Assembly: GCA_026391215.1 (NCBI GenBank)
Contig: JAPLDX010000081.1
Coordinates: 1 to 61,522, forward strand
Reading direction: 5' to 3'
DNA: 61,522 nucleotides
Source of the DNA: Bacteroidia bacterium
Lineage (GTDB): Bacteria > Bacteroidota > Bacteroidia > Bacteroidales > VadinHA17
A program made the translations under genes and the position numbers. The notes under the pieces were generated by a model that saw only the letters and a list, made by a program, of their open reading frames with translations, did no database searches and was not told the DNA's origin. How positions within the stretch are numbered: the first letter of the stretch is position 1; each line of letters opens with the position of its first letter. Positions 1 to 10,307 of the stretch are shown piece after piece.

Positions 1-7
1 AACGCCA

Positions 8-2359
8 ATGTCCAGCCTTATTCCGGGATACGAATACGACATTTTCATCAGCTACCGCCAGAAAGACAACAAACACGATGGCTGGGTGACTGAATTTGTG
101 AATAATCTGAAGGGAGAACTCGAATCAACCTTCAAGGAAGAGATCAGTGTTTATTTTGATATTAATCCTCATGATGGACTGCTGGAGACTCATGATGTCG
201 ACGCATCTCTGAAGAACAAGCTTAAGTGTCTGGTTTTTATTCCAATTATTTCACGGACTTATTGCGACCCCAAGTCATTTGCATGGGAATATGAGTTCAA
301 ATCATTTATTGAACAGGCATCTAAGGATCAGTATGGCCTGAAGGTTAAACTTCCGGGTGGCAACGTGGCAAACAGGATTCTTCCTGTTCAGATACACGAT
401 CTTGAAAATGATGACAGGAAACTTGTGGAAAATGAGCTGGGAGGATACATAAGGGGAATAGAATTTATATATAAAGAACCTGGCGTCAATAAACCTCTTA
501 CTAAAGATGACGACGAAAAGAAGAATTTAAACAATACAAAATACAAGATCCAGATAAACAAGGTAGCTAATGCTATTAAAGAGGTAATTACAGCAATACA
601 GCAGCATACTCCGGAACAAGAAGAAGTTGCAAAGGAAGTTTTCAAACCTGAATTTGTACCCCGGAAGAATCATAAAACAATAATCATTGTAGCATTATTA
701 ATAGTTCTGACCTCAATTATTCTTGGATTTATCTTTGTTCCAAAATTGTTTAAGCCTTCCGGACAACTTGAAAAATCTATAGCTGTACTCCCGTTTGCAT
801 TGCTTAGTGATGAGCCTGACAAACAATACCTTGCTGATGGCATGATGGATGCAATTACACTTCATCTTTCAAAAATCAAGGATTTACGGGTAATGTCCAG
901 AACTTCGGTTGAACAATACCGTCACCCTACTAAAACAACTACCGCTATCGGAAGGGAACTTGATGTGGAATATTTACTTGAAGGCAGTTTTCAAAAGTTT
1001 GGTGATAGTGTAAGATTAATCGTCCAGTTGATTAAGACCGGAAAGGAAGGTCATGTATGGGCAAATAATTATGACCGAAGCTGGAAAAGTGTTTTTTCAG
1101 TACAAAGTGAAGTGGCTCAGGCTATTGCCAGGGAATTACAGGCAGTTATAACTCCTGAGGAAAAAGAACTAATAGAGAAAGCTCCGACAACGAATTTGAC
1201 AGCTTATGAAATATACATTAAGGCAAATGAATATCTGAAGGAATACGAAAAAACACGTAACTTAGATACATATCAAAATACTATTTCTCTTTATCGGACC
1301 TCTATAACAATAGATTCCTCATTCGCAAAGGCATACACTGGTTTGGCCAAAGCATATTGGAGCAGGTATTACTGGGAATCCTATTTTCAAGAAAACTTCA
1401 TGGATTCTTGTTTTGCCCTGGCTGAAATAGCACTCAGATTTGATAATCAGCTTGATGAAGCATATTATTTAAAAGGTGAATATTACTATAATAATGGAAA
1501 AATTGAAGAAGCATTGGATAATTTAGATGAAGCTTTAAAGATTAATCCAAATTATTATTCCGCATATTATACAAAGGGATATATCCTTACACGAGTAAGA
1601 AACGACTATGTCAAAGGCCTTGAAAACTTTCATAAAGCATTAAACATTATACAAGGAAGTGAGCGTTCCTCTTTATTACGAGCTTTAGGTTATACATATA
1701 TTTATGCCGGATTCTATGATAAAGCAAAATATTATTTTCAAGGGGCACTTTCTATGAATGGAGATTCTGCAAATTATTTCAATAATTTGGTGTTCGTGGA
1801 ATCTTCGTTTGAAAATTTTGAGAATGTACAACTACTTAATGAAAAAATAAGCGAAATTGATTCAACATATCTTCCTGCCACGGAATGGTTTAGTTTCAGG
1901 GGGCAGCATCAGGAAGCATATACAGTAGCCAAAAAAAGAGTTGAACGATATAGAAAATCAGGCGAATTACTTCTTATAAATTCACATCGTATTGGATATG
2001 CCTATTGGAAAGTGGGCAAATATAAAGAAGCCAGAGATTATTTTAACCAACAAATAAAGTACGGTACAGAAAGTATCAGACTGAGCAGGGATATTGCGAG
2101 TACAAAAAATGCTCAATATAATCTGGCAGCTACTTATGCTTTCTTAGGTGATAAAACCATGGCGTACAAATATCTTGATGAATTTAATACAATGAATTTT
2201 TATCCAAAATGGTGGATAGTCTATCTTAAATACGATGTCCTGTTTGACAGTATTCGTAATGAAGAACGATTTCAAAAGATACTGCAAAATGTAGAAGCCA
2301 AATACCAGGCAGAGCATGAAAGGGTAAGGAAATGGCTTGAAGAGCAGGGAGAGCTGTAG
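8..2359 (+). CDS. TIR domain - TM - TolB-like domain - TPR protein (paralog 1)
   Basis: N-terminal YDIFISYR TIR motif and SFAWEYE; hydrophobic segment after RKNHK; SIAVLPF..LADGM..SRTS TolB-like module; TPR-like helices (EEALDNLDEALKINPNY). Confidence 0.85.
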   Translation: MSSLIPGYEYDIFISYRQKDNKHDGWVTEFVNNLKGELESTFKEEISVYFDINPHDGLLETHDVDASLKNKLKCLVFIPIISRTYCDPKSFAWEYEFKSFIEQASKDQYGLKVKLPGGNVANRILPVQIHDLENDDRKLVENELGGYIRGIEFIYKEPGVNKPLTKDDDEKKNLNNTKYKIQINKVANAIKEVITAIQQHTPEQEEVAKEVFKPEFVPRKNHKTIIIVALLIVLTSIILGFIFVPKLFKPSGQLEKSIAVLPFALLSDEPDKQYLADGMMDAITLHLSKIKDLRVMSRTSVEQYRHPTKTTTAIGRELDVEYLLEGSFQKFGDSVRLIVQLIKTGKEGHVWANNYDRSWKSVFSVQSEVAQAIARELQAVITPEEKELIEKAPTTNLTAYEIYIKANEYLKEYEKTRNLDTYQNTISLYRTSITIDSSFAKAYTGLAKAYWSRYYWESYFQENFMDSCFALAEIALRFDNQLDEAYYLKGEYYYNNGKIEEALDNLDEALKINPNYYSAYYTKGYILTRVRNDYVKGLENFHKALNIIQGSERSSLLRALGYTYIYAGFYDKAKYYFQGALSMNGDSANYFNNLVFVESSFENFENVQLLNEKISEIDSTYLPATEWFSFRGQHQEAYTVAKKRVERYRKSGELLLINSHRIGYAYWKVGKYKEARDYFNQQIKYGTESIRLSRDIASTKNAQYNLAATYAFLGDKTMAYKYLDEFNTMNFYPKWWIVYLKYDVLFDSIRNEERFQKILQNVEAKYQAEHERVRKWLEEQGEL

Positions 2360-2367
2360 AAGAAAGG

Positions 2368-2399
2368 AAGGGGAGAGTTGGAGAAGGGGTGAAAAGGAG
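2368..2399 (+). repeat. Degenerate purine-rich octamer tandem repeat (4 units)
   Basis: aaggggag agttggag aaggggtg aaaaggag, just after the stop codon of paralog 1. Confidence 0.45.
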
Positions 2400-2473
2400 A
2401 AACAATTTTACATTAGAAGCTAATAAATCCGGCAGAATTCAAAATTAAAAAAACTACACTCTATAAAATAAAC

Positions 2474-3316
2474 ATGAACGGAAGACAGAAACACATGGCT
2501 ATTCGAATCTTAGTGGCAGTTTTTAGTATTATCAGCTTTTCTGCTTTCAGCCAGGCATACGATGCTGTTAATTCAACCAGCTCAGCGCAGGGCTTTGCTT
2601 GGCCTGAAGGTAAAGAAATGGCTCTGAGCCTGACATTTGACGATGCCCGCCTTTCCCAGCCGGATACAGGTATTCCCCTTCTCGACAGATATGACATGAA
2701 AGCTACATTTTATATCTCGCCAGGCAGTATGCTAAAAAGGATTGATGAGTGGGGAAGGGCAGTTAATAATGGTCATGAGATCGGCAATCATTCAATATTA
2801 CATCCATGCTCGGGAAACTTCACCTGGTCAAGGAGCAGTGCACTGGAAGATTATTCTCTTCAAAGGATGAAAAATGAGCTGGATTCGGCAAACAGACTTA
2901 TTAAAGAAATGCTGGGAATTATTCCGGTATCATTTGCGTACCCTTGCGGACAAACTTTCATTGGCAGAGAAATAAATGTACAGAGTTATGTGCCCCTGAT
3001 CGCCCTTATGTTTGAAAGCGGAAGAGGGTGGCTTAGTGAAGCACCCAATGATCCGATATATTGTGATCTTTCCCAGCTGAATGCTGCTGAACTTGACGGA
3101 AAATCGTTTGAGCAGATCCTGAAGCTGATAGAGACTGCAAAGGCCGTTGGATACTGGCTGATCCTGGCCGGACACGAAATGAATGTGGAAGGAAACCAGA
3201 CTTCTCAGTTAAAAACCATCGAGGCGATATGCAAATATGCAAATGATCCTGCCAATGGCATTTGGATTGACAATGTGCACAATATAGCCTCTTATATAAA
3301 GAAAAAACGCAGGTAG
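2474..3316 (+). CDS. Polysaccharide deacetylase (CE4/NodB) family, secreted; start may be ATG 2495
   Basis: LTFDD, HEIGNHS and FAYPCG motifs; signal peptide-like N-terminus. Confidence 0.85.
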   Translation: MNGRQKHMAIRILVAVFSIISFSAFSQAYDAVNSTSSAQGFAWPEGKEMALSLTFDDARLSQPDTGIPLLDRYDMKATFYISPGSMLKRIDEWGRAVNNGHEIGNHSILHPCSGNFTWSRSSALEDYSLQRMKNELDSANRLIKEMLGIIPVSFAYPCGQTFIGREINVQSYVPLIALMFESGRGWLSEAPNDPIYCDLSQLNAAELDGKSFEQILKLIETAKAVGYWLILAGHEMNVEGNQTSQLKTIEAICKYANDPANGIWIDNVHNIASYIKKKRR

Positions 3317-5293
3317 TTATTTTTTCTCTATCCTCGCAGCCCATCCTCCGCCCGGCGCCAAATTGATTTTCAACTTATCAGCTGATGAAACTTTTGAAAC
3401 TTCCCGCTTGTAATCCGTAGCGTCACGATTGGCATTAATACCATCCTTAAAAATATCAGCCTCATAAGTTCCTGCTCCAAGAAATGAAAGATCTAAAGTT
3501 AATTCTCTTGGAGTCCAGTTTGTCATAGCACCCACATACCATGTGTTGCCCTTTCTCCTGGCGATTGCCACATATTCTCCAACTTTGCCATCAAGCGGTA
3601 CGGTTTCATCAAACACTGTCGGAACACTTGTAATGAAATCGGTACTCTCCTGTTCTTTCATATAAATTGTTGCATTGTCGGAGAGCATCTGGAAAGGAAC
3701 TTCAAAAATCACATACATGGCCAGCTGATGGCATCGGGTGCCCTGGCTCATCGGATCGGAAAATATAGGCCTGAAATTCTGTCTGTTTGAATTTCTCATT
3801 GCACCGGGAGTATAATCCATAAGCCCGGCCATCATACGGATATATGGAAGAGTAACATCATATCGTGGCACATTCTCAACAGCCCATTTTACGTTTTCCA
3901 TACCCTTAACACCCTCATTGCCAATGACATTTGGATAAGTTCTCTGGATACCGGCAGGTTTGAACACACCGTGGTAATCAACAATAAAATGATAATCAGC
4001 AGCCTTTCTTGCTATTTCAAAAAGCGAAGCTACTGCAACCTGGTCATCTCGGTCAATGAAATCAATCTTAAATCCCTTGATTCCCAGTTCAGCATAAAGC
4101 GGAAAAATCTTGTCCATCTGATTAAGTATATTTTTCCAGGATGCCCACAGGACTACACCTACATTCTTCTTTTTGCCATAATCGACAATTTCCTTAAGAT
4201 CCACAGCCGGGATTGTCCGGCTGAGATCACCAGGTATTTCCCAGCCTTCATCAAGAATTATATATTTGATTTTGTTTGAAGCAGCAAAGTCAATATTATA
4301 CTTGTAAGTTGCAGTATTGATCCCTGTCCTGAAATCTACATGCGACAGGTTCATATCGTTCCACCAGTCCCAGGCAACCAGTCCGGGCTCAATCCATGAG
4401 ATATCCGTCAGCCTGGGCGGTGAAGCCAGCTTCTGTACTATATCGACATTCAGGAGATCCTTATCCTGTTCGCTTATAACCACTGCACGCCAGGGAAAAT
4501 TGCGTGTCCCGTTAACTTTAGCAATATAATCCGCCCTTTTAACAGGAATTATATTTCTCTCTACAGTCTTGTATTCCAGCGGATATGGCGCAAAGACTCC
4601 CTTAAATCCTTTCCCTGTCTGGTTTTTATCCAGGAACATACCCGGGTAGTCTTCCAGGTCAGCTTCGATGATTACTACCTTTCTGCCTTTGTCAGCATCC
4701 ACAAGCAGGGGCAAGAATGCAAGTGAATCCTTCTTGAATTGAGAGATTCTCTGCTCGGTATAGAGCGATTCAAAAGAACAATTGAAGATCTTTCCGTCAC
4801 GGTAATCCCACATGTAAGGGATAAATGCATTATGGTCGGATGTGAAGTTGAAATTTGCTTCTTCATTTTTAATTATCAGTTCACTTTTTCTGGCAGTAAA
4901 GAACCTGTAAGCAACAGCATCATCATAAACTCTGAATATCACACCATAATCTCCCTTACAATTGATTGTCACCTGGCTGCAATGATCGGTCACAGTTGCT
5001 TTTTTATAGTTAATAGCATTGAAGGTAGAATTTATTACCTCAGTTTTCGGTGATTTAAATACTGCATTGTCTCCCAGGATTGTCCCGTCATTCAATTGTA
5101 TTGATATGGCTGAAGGAGCAATTATCTGCTCTCCCTTATGAACAACAGACCATTGAAGTTTTGCTCCTGATTCAATCTTCAGCATTATGTTCCCGTCAGG
5201 TGATTTAACTTCAAATTTCCGGATTTTCTGGGCAATTAGTAATGATGGGCTCAATAACAGAGCTATCACCAGAATTAAATAATTCTTTTTCAT
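3317..5293 (-). CDS. Glycoside hydrolase family 97 (alpha-glucosidase/galactosidase)
   Basis: GFKIDF, FIVDYHG, RTYPN, EGVKGME and MDYTPG motifs; start reassigned to MKKNYLIL (signal peptide) because the longer ORF overlaps TIR paralog 2. Confidence 0.9.
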   Translation of the reverse strand: MKKNYLILVIALLLSPSLLIAQKIRKFEVKSPDGNIMLKIESGAKLQWSVVHKGEQIIAPSAISIQLNDGTILGDNAVFKSPKTEVINSTFNAINYKKATVTDHCSQVTINCKGDYGVIFRVYDDAVAYRFFTARKSELIIKNEEANFNFTSDHNAFIPYMWDYRDGKIFNCSFESLYTEQRISQFKKDSLAFLPLLVDADKGRKVVIIEADLEDYPGMFLDKNQTGKGFKGVFAPYPLEYKTVERNIIPVKRADYIAKVNGTRNFPWRAVVISEQDKDLLNVDIVQKLASPPRLTDISWIEPGLVAWDWWNDMNLSHVDFRTGINTATYKYNIDFAASNKIKYIILDEGWEIPGDLSRTIPAVDLKEIVDYGKKKNVGVVLWASWKNILNQMDKIFPLYAELGIKGFKIDFIDRDDQVAVASLFEIARKAADYHFIVDYHGVFKPAGIQRTYPNVIGNEGVKGMENVKWAVENVPRYDVTLPYIRMMAGLMDYTPGAMRNSNRQNFRPIFSDPMSQGTRCHQLAMYVIFEVPFQMLSDNATIYMKEQESTDFITSVPTVFDETVPLDGKVGEYVAIARRKGNTWYVGAMTNWTPRELTLDLSFLGAGTYEADIFKDGINANRDATDYKREVSKVSSADKLKINLAPGGGWAARIEKK

Positions 5294-5337
5294 ATTCTTA
5301 ATGATTTTTTCAGATGTCAAATTAGGAATAATTTTCC

Positions 5338-5349
5338 TAACTTTATCAC
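5338..5349 (+). promoter_or_regulatory. Putative -7 promoter variant TAACTTTATCAC upstream of TIR paralog 2
   Basis: Resembles Bacteroidota TAnnTTTG; identical 12-mer at 14725-14736 upstream of paralog 3. Confidence 0.5.
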
Positions 5350-5365
5350 TCAAGGAACATTTGAA

Positions 5366-7585
5366 ATGCCCAGCCTCATCCCCTGTTTTGAATACGACAT
5401 CTTTATCAGCTACCGCCAGAAAGACAATAAATATGTTGGCTGTGTGACTGATTTTGTCAGTAACCTTAAAAAGGAACTTGAAGCTACATTTAAAGATGAG
5501 GTAAGCGTTTATTTTGATATAAATCCTCACGACGGACTCCTGGAAACACACGATGTTGATGCATCGCTGAAAGATAAACTCAAATGTGCCATCTTTATAC
5601 CAGTCATTTCGCGTACATATTGCGATCCCAAATCTTTTGCATGGCAAAATGAATTGAAAGCTTTTATTGAACAAGTCACTAATGATCAGTTCGGACTAAA
5701 GGTGAAATTACCAAACGGCAACGTGACCAGCAGGGTGCTTCCAGTTCGAATACATGAACTTGATCCTGAAGATCTTAGTTTATGTGAATCAGTTACAGGC
5801 GGGTACCTGCGCGGTGTCGAATTTATTTATAAAGAACCTGGGGTAAACAGACCTCTCAAAACGGATGATGATGAAAAGAATAACCTGAACAAAACAAAAT
5901 ACAGGAACCAGATAAACAAGACCGCAAACGCCATCAAAGAGATCATTTCCGGATTGAAGACATATCAATCTGCGGCTACAAAAGATGATCATCTGTCACG
6001 GAAGGCAAAGAGCGAACCAGGGAACCTGGGCAGCAGGCTGGTTCAGATCAGAAAAGGATTGGTCAGTCTGAGATTGAAGAACAGGATTATTTTAGTTCTT
6101 TCGGCATTACTGGTTATTGCTGGTGCATTTATAGTTTATAAGATCATTGAAGGAAGTGTTTTTACGGGGAAGCTGAAAAGCAATGCAAAATCAATTGCCG
6201 TGATGGCTTTCCATAACTACAGTGATGATTCCAACCAGGAGAATGTCAGCGATGGTCTGACCAGTGAGATCATTACCCATCTCTATAAGATAAGATCATT
6301 TGACAAGGTAGTGTCACTTGGTTCTGTCCTTCCATATAAGGGAACTGACAAGAAGATCCGGCAGATTGCCGATGAGCTGAAAGTAAATTACATTCTTGAA
6401 GGCACCTACAGAAAGATAAGCGATCAGGTGAGGGTGACAGCACAGCTTATCGATCCAGAAGACGAGAATATCCTGTGGCAGAATGAATATGACAAACCTT
6501 ATAAGCAGCTGATTGCCATACAGGCAGATATTGCTCTGCAGATAGCGAACCAGGTGAAGGCATTTATAACCAATTCAGAAAAACAGAATATTACAAAAAG
6601 TCCGACTGATAATCAGGAGGCTTATGAGCTTATCCAGAAGGGACTATACATCTGGAATACAAGAAGCTTTAAAAGCATTGATCAGATGCTTGATCTGACT
6701 GCTGAAGCAATGAAGCTGGATCCGAACTATGCCGATGCTTATGCGTTTGCAGGTCTTCTGACACTGTTAAAAGTTTCACAATATGGCGGGAGCAAAGTCG
6801 AATCTGTTGTGTGGGATGCAACATCCTATCTTGAAAAAGCCTTGAAACTGGATCCCGATAATACTACTGCTCATCTGGGTATGGCCTGGTTTAACGACTG
6901 GATAAGATGGGATTTTCCGCAGGCTGAAAAAGAATTCCTGAAAGTACTGGAGCTTGAACCCAATAATCCTATTTATCCTGAGTTGTATGTCGAATTTCTT
7001 TTAAAGATGAATCGTCCTGAAGAAGCACTGAATTATCAGTTCACTTCTGAGCAATCATATCGGTTGATACAGGCAAAGATACTGTCAGGAAGGAGAAGAG
7101 GGATCCAAAAAGATTTTAAAGAATACCTTAAATCCCAGGGATCAAAAGGATTGAAATATGCAGGAGACTGCTTCCTGTGGATGCACGAATATGATTCAGC
7201 AAGATTTTACCTTGAATCAGCCTTGAATGTGAAGGATCCGCAATTTATGATCCCGAGATTCCAGGCTTACCTTGCTTTGGCCTATTCCAAAACAAATCAG
7301 AATGATCAGGCACAGAAGATAATTGGTAAACTTGCTGCTATGAGTAAAGTTACTACTGCCGGGAGTCCTGATTATTTTACAGGGTGGTATTACAGTGGGA
7401 TCGGTCAAATTGACTCAGCTTTTATCTGGCTTGAAAAAGCTTTCAGGAACCGTAGTTTCCAGCTCGGCTGGCTGAAGACAGATCCGGTTTTTAATAGTCT
7501 GAAATCAGATGGCAGATATCGCGATCTGTATGAAAGAACCGGGCATAAAGCTTATGATGATTACATCGCCGGCAGAAATAAATAG
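5366..7585 (+). CDS. TIR - TM - TolB-like - TPR protein (paralog 2)
   Basis: YDIFISYRQKDNK, SFAWQNE, TM IILVLSALLVIAGAFIVY, SIAVMAF module, TPRs. Confidence 0.85.
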   Translation: MPSLIPCFEYDIFISYRQKDNKYVGCVTDFVSNLKKELEATFKDEVSVYFDINPHDGLLETHDVDASLKDKLKCAIFIPVISRTYCDPKSFAWQNELKAFIEQVTNDQFGLKVKLPNGNVTSRVLPVRIHELDPEDLSLCESVTGGYLRGVEFIYKEPGVNRPLKTDDDEKNNLNKTKYRNQINKTANAIKEIISGLKTYQSAATKDDHLSRKAKSEPGNLGSRLVQIRKGLVSLRLKNRIILVLSALLVIAGAFIVYKIIEGSVFTGKLKSNAKSIAVMAFHNYSDDSNQENVSDGLTSEIITHLYKIRSFDKVVSLGSVLPYKGTDKKIRQIADELKVNYILEGTYRKISDQVRVTAQLIDPEDENILWQNEYDKPYKQLIAIQADIALQIANQVKAFITNSEKQNITKSPTDNQEAYELIQKGLYIWNTRSFKSIDQMLDLTAEAMKLDPNYADAYAFAGLLTLLKVSQYGGSKVESVVWDATSYLEKALKLDPDNTTAHLGMAWFNDWIRWDFPQAEKEFLKVLELEPNNPIYPELYVEFLLKMNRPEEALNYQFTSEQSYRLIQAKILSGRRRGIQKDFKEYLKSQGSKGLKYAGDCFLWMHEYDSARFYLESALNVKDPQFMIPRFQAYLALAYSKTNQNDQAQKIIGKLAAMSKVTTAGSPDYFTGWYYSGIGQIDSAFIWLEKAFRNRSFQLGWLKTDPVFNSLKSDGRYRDLYERTGHKAYDDYIAGRNK

Positions 7586-7589
7586 CATG

Positions 7590-7597
7590 TAAATTTG
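7590..7597 (+). promoter_or_regulatory. Bacteroidota -7 promoter box TAAATTTG
   Basis: Matches TAnnTTTG, ~30 nt upstream of ATG 7626. Confidence 0.5.
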
Positions 7598-7625
7598 TCT
7601 GAAAAAATATAACGGAGGCGTCAAT

Positions 7626-8903
7626 ATGAAAAGTAAAATTTTGAGATTATTCGGTATGATCTTTATTTGTTTGTATGTAAGTTCACCAATTTACAGTCAG
7701 AATATAGGTCTTGTTGATGTAAGAAGAGCTGAACCGATTATCACCGTTGGTGGTCCCGGTGCTGATCTACAGGGATTCTCATCAGAAACAATCCAGATCG
7801 CTCTTGATGCTGTAAAGTCAAGAGGAGGAGGGACTGTAAGACTCAATCCGGGTACGTTTGAGATTATTGGTCCGATCCGCCTCTCAGACAATGTATCATT
7901 AATCGGATCAGGAGAGAAAACCATTCTGCACAAATGCGATGGCTTTAAAACCAGTTTTATTATTGATGCAGACTGGGGAATGCTCAAGGCCGTGGTGAAA
8001 GATGCAAGCGGTTTTAAAATAGGAATGGGTATTCAGCTTTACGATGATGCACATAATTCAGGATGGGATGTGACAACTGCCGTAATAACAGATATTCAGG
8101 ACAATACAATTTATTTTGATAACAGGACAGTCAACGACTATCTCTCTTCACTGAATGGTACTATCACAAACAGCTTCTCAATAATTGAAGCAGTTGAGGT
8201 TGAAAATGTGAAGATTGCAGATCTTGTTGTTGAGGGCAATAAGAGTACCAATTATTATATTAATGGTTGTCGTGGTGGCGGTATATATATTCATAAATCG
8301 AAGAATTGTCTTGTTGAAAATGTTAAGGTGAATGAGTTCAATGGCGACACTTTCAGCTGGCAGATCACTGAAAACATTACTGTCAGGGGATGTGAAGCCT
8401 CAAACGGAGACGGGCTGGGATTCCATCCGGGGACAGGTTCCGATCACTCGGTTGTTGAAAACTGTACAAGCCATCACAACAAGGGAGATGGTATATTCCT
8501 GTGCTGGAGAGTGCAGAACGGGATCTTCAGGAATAATAAAATATACGCAAATAGTGATAACGGATTTTCAATAGGCCATAAGGATACTGATAATGTGTTT
8601 GAGAATAACTATGTTTACGAAAATGGTTCTCATGGTGTCCTTTTCCGTAACGAAAATGAACAAAACAGCGGTCACAGGAATACATTCACAAACAATACTA
8701 TAGAAAACAACGGTACCAGCGGTGAGGCAAGCGGATTCTATATCGGTGGCGAAACGCATGACATCACTATTAACAATAATGTAATCCGCTCAGCAGGTAA
8801 GGGAAATCAAAAAACAGCAATTTTTGTAGGTAAAAAATCGTCAAAAGTAACTGCTTCGAACAATACTGTCTCTGGCTCGAAAGAGATTGTATATGAAAAA
8901 TAG
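7626..8903 (+). CDS. Right-handed parallel beta-helix protein (pectate lyase-like), secreted
   Basis: IQIALD..GGGTVRLNPGTF N-cap; Asn-rich PbH1-type repeats; signal peptide. Confidence 0.8.
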   Translation: MKSKILRLFGMIFICLYVSSPIYSQNIGLVDVRRAEPIITVGGPGADLQGFSSETIQIALDAVKSRGGGTVRLNPGTFEIIGPIRLSDNVSLIGSGEKTILHKCDGFKTSFIIDADWGMLKAVVKDASGFKIGMGIQLYDDAHNSGWDVTTAVITDIQDNTIYFDNRTVNDYLSSLNGTITNSFSIIEAVEVENVKIADLVVEGNKSTNYYINGCRGGGIYIHKSKNCLVENVKVNEFNGDTFSWQITENITVRGCEASNGDGLGFHPGTGSDHSVVENCTSHHNKGDGIFLCWRVQNGIFRNNKIYANSDNGFSIGHKDTDNVFENNYVYENGSHGVLFRNENEQNSGHRNTFTNNTIENNGTSGEASGFYIGGETHDITINNNVIRSAGKGNQKTAIFVGKKSSKVTASNNTVSGSKEIVYEK

Positions 8904-8927
8904 ATTCTGTTGAAATTCCAGTTATTA

Positions 8928-10217
8928 TCAGGTGATCTTTTGTCTGTTTATCAAGCCAATAAGATATCTCGATTTAAATTGTCTGCTTGCGACGACTTGT
9001 TTAACAGGAGGGAGCTTTAATATTACACCTAAAACTGCGGCAAGAGCTCTGTGACTAAGCAGAACCTGATTGTCAAAGATCAGGTTCTGTAGTTTGCCTC
9101 TTTCAATTGCCATCATCACAACCCTGTGAACCGAATTGACTGGAGTGATCACTCGATCTTTTCTTGATTCAAGCTTGATGGCATTTTTGTTGCAGCCGGA
9201 GAGACAGACACCACAGCCCAGGCAGATATCATGATCCAGTTTTGCCTTCTTGCTAAGAGGCTTGACAGGATCATTTGCAGAAACCAGAGTCATAGCCTCA
9301 ACAGGACATAACGACACGCATTTGCCGCACCCGTTGCAATTATCGGCATTAATAACAGGGATAAAGCTTGTTGTATGTACAGGGTGCAAAAATCCAAACT
9401 TCCTTGCAGCAATAAGTGCTTCGCAGCAGCAACCGCAACAGTTACAGATAAAGTTCACCCTCTCCTGAACATTTTCTCCGAACTGTACAAGGTTGGTATC
9501 CCTGGCTTTCTGCAACAGATCCAGCCCTTCTGTGGCATCGACTTTTCTGGCTATCCCGTGGCGTGTAAGAGAATCTGCACTTTTATTGAATGTCATGCAG
9601 ATATCCATTTCAGCTTCACAATTCTTTCCGATATGCTGCATTTTATGCCGGCAATAACATATCCCTATTCCTATATGGGAGGTTGTTTTTATAACTTCTG
9701 AAGCTCTCTCATAATCAAGAACATGAAGAGAATTTTCGTTTGACAGGATTGTTTCGTTAACATATACCCTGCCAAGCTGAGTTTCACCCTGGGTAAACAG
9801 ACTTTTAATGAAGTCCTCTTCAACATTCAAATACTGGTAATAGAGCTCTGAAAGAGTCTTCTGGTCTATGTCATTCCTGTACCTCATCAGTGAGAACTCA
9901 AAGAATCCCGCCATTGGAGGGGGCATTGAATAAACAACATCATCCTTATCCTCAGCGTCTGCAAGGAGGCCGCGATCAGCTAGATCATTAAGGATTGTAC
10001 GTGCCTCTTCCTCTTTTACTTTCCATATTTTTGCAGCTTTCCGTGCATTAAACGGTTTGATCGGCAATAATGAAACAAGATCAGCTTCTCTTTCAGAAAA
10101 GAGTATTTTCAATATCTCAAAAAGCAGATCGGACCACGGTGCTCCCTGGGGGAACCTGTTGATGCGTTCAGTCAGTTTATAATAACTGTTCTGTTTGATA
10201 GTAATATGGTGTGCCAT
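8928..10217 (-). CDS. 4Fe-4S dicluster (ferredoxin) domain protein
   Basis: CNGCGKCVSLCP and CLGCGVCLSGC, plus CYCRH and CNCCGCCC. Confidence 0.85.
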   Translation of the reverse strand: MAHHITIKQNSYYKLTERINRFPQGAPWSDLLFEILKILFSEREADLVSLLPIKPFNARKAAKIWKVKEEEARTILNDLADRGLLADAEDKDDVVYSMPPPMAGFFEFSLMRYRNDIDQKTLSELYYQYLNVEEDFIKSLFTQGETQLGRVYVNETILSNENSLHVLDYERASEVIKTTSHIGIGICYCRHKMQHIGKNCEAEMDICMTFNKSADSLTRHGIARKVDATEGLDLLQKARDTNLVQFGENVQERVNFICNCCGCCCEALIAARKFGFLHPVHTTSFIPVINADNCNGCGKCVSLCPVEAMTLVSANDPVKPLSKKAKLDHDICLGCGVCLSGCNKNAIKLESRKDRVITPVNSVHRVVMMAIERGKLQNLIFDNQVLLSHRALAAVLGVILKLPPVKQVVASRQFKSRYLIGLINRQKIT

Positions 10218-10257
10218 AATTTCAGGCTTCTCTGTTGAACAACTTGTCTCAGTAAAT

Positions 10258-10265
10258 CAAAGATA
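10258..10265 (-). promoter_or_regulatory. -7 promoter box TATCTTTG for the Fe-S gene
   Basis: Reverse complement of caaagata matches TAnnTTTG. Confidence 0.5.
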
Positions 10266-10307
10266 TTGAATTTAAGGATTTGAATAATATACCATACTAT
10301 ATAATAA

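Noticed and set aside
5294-5674. N-terminal extension of the 785-aa GH97 ORF
   Set aside because: Antisense shadow of TIR paralog 2; the signal peptide starts at 5293
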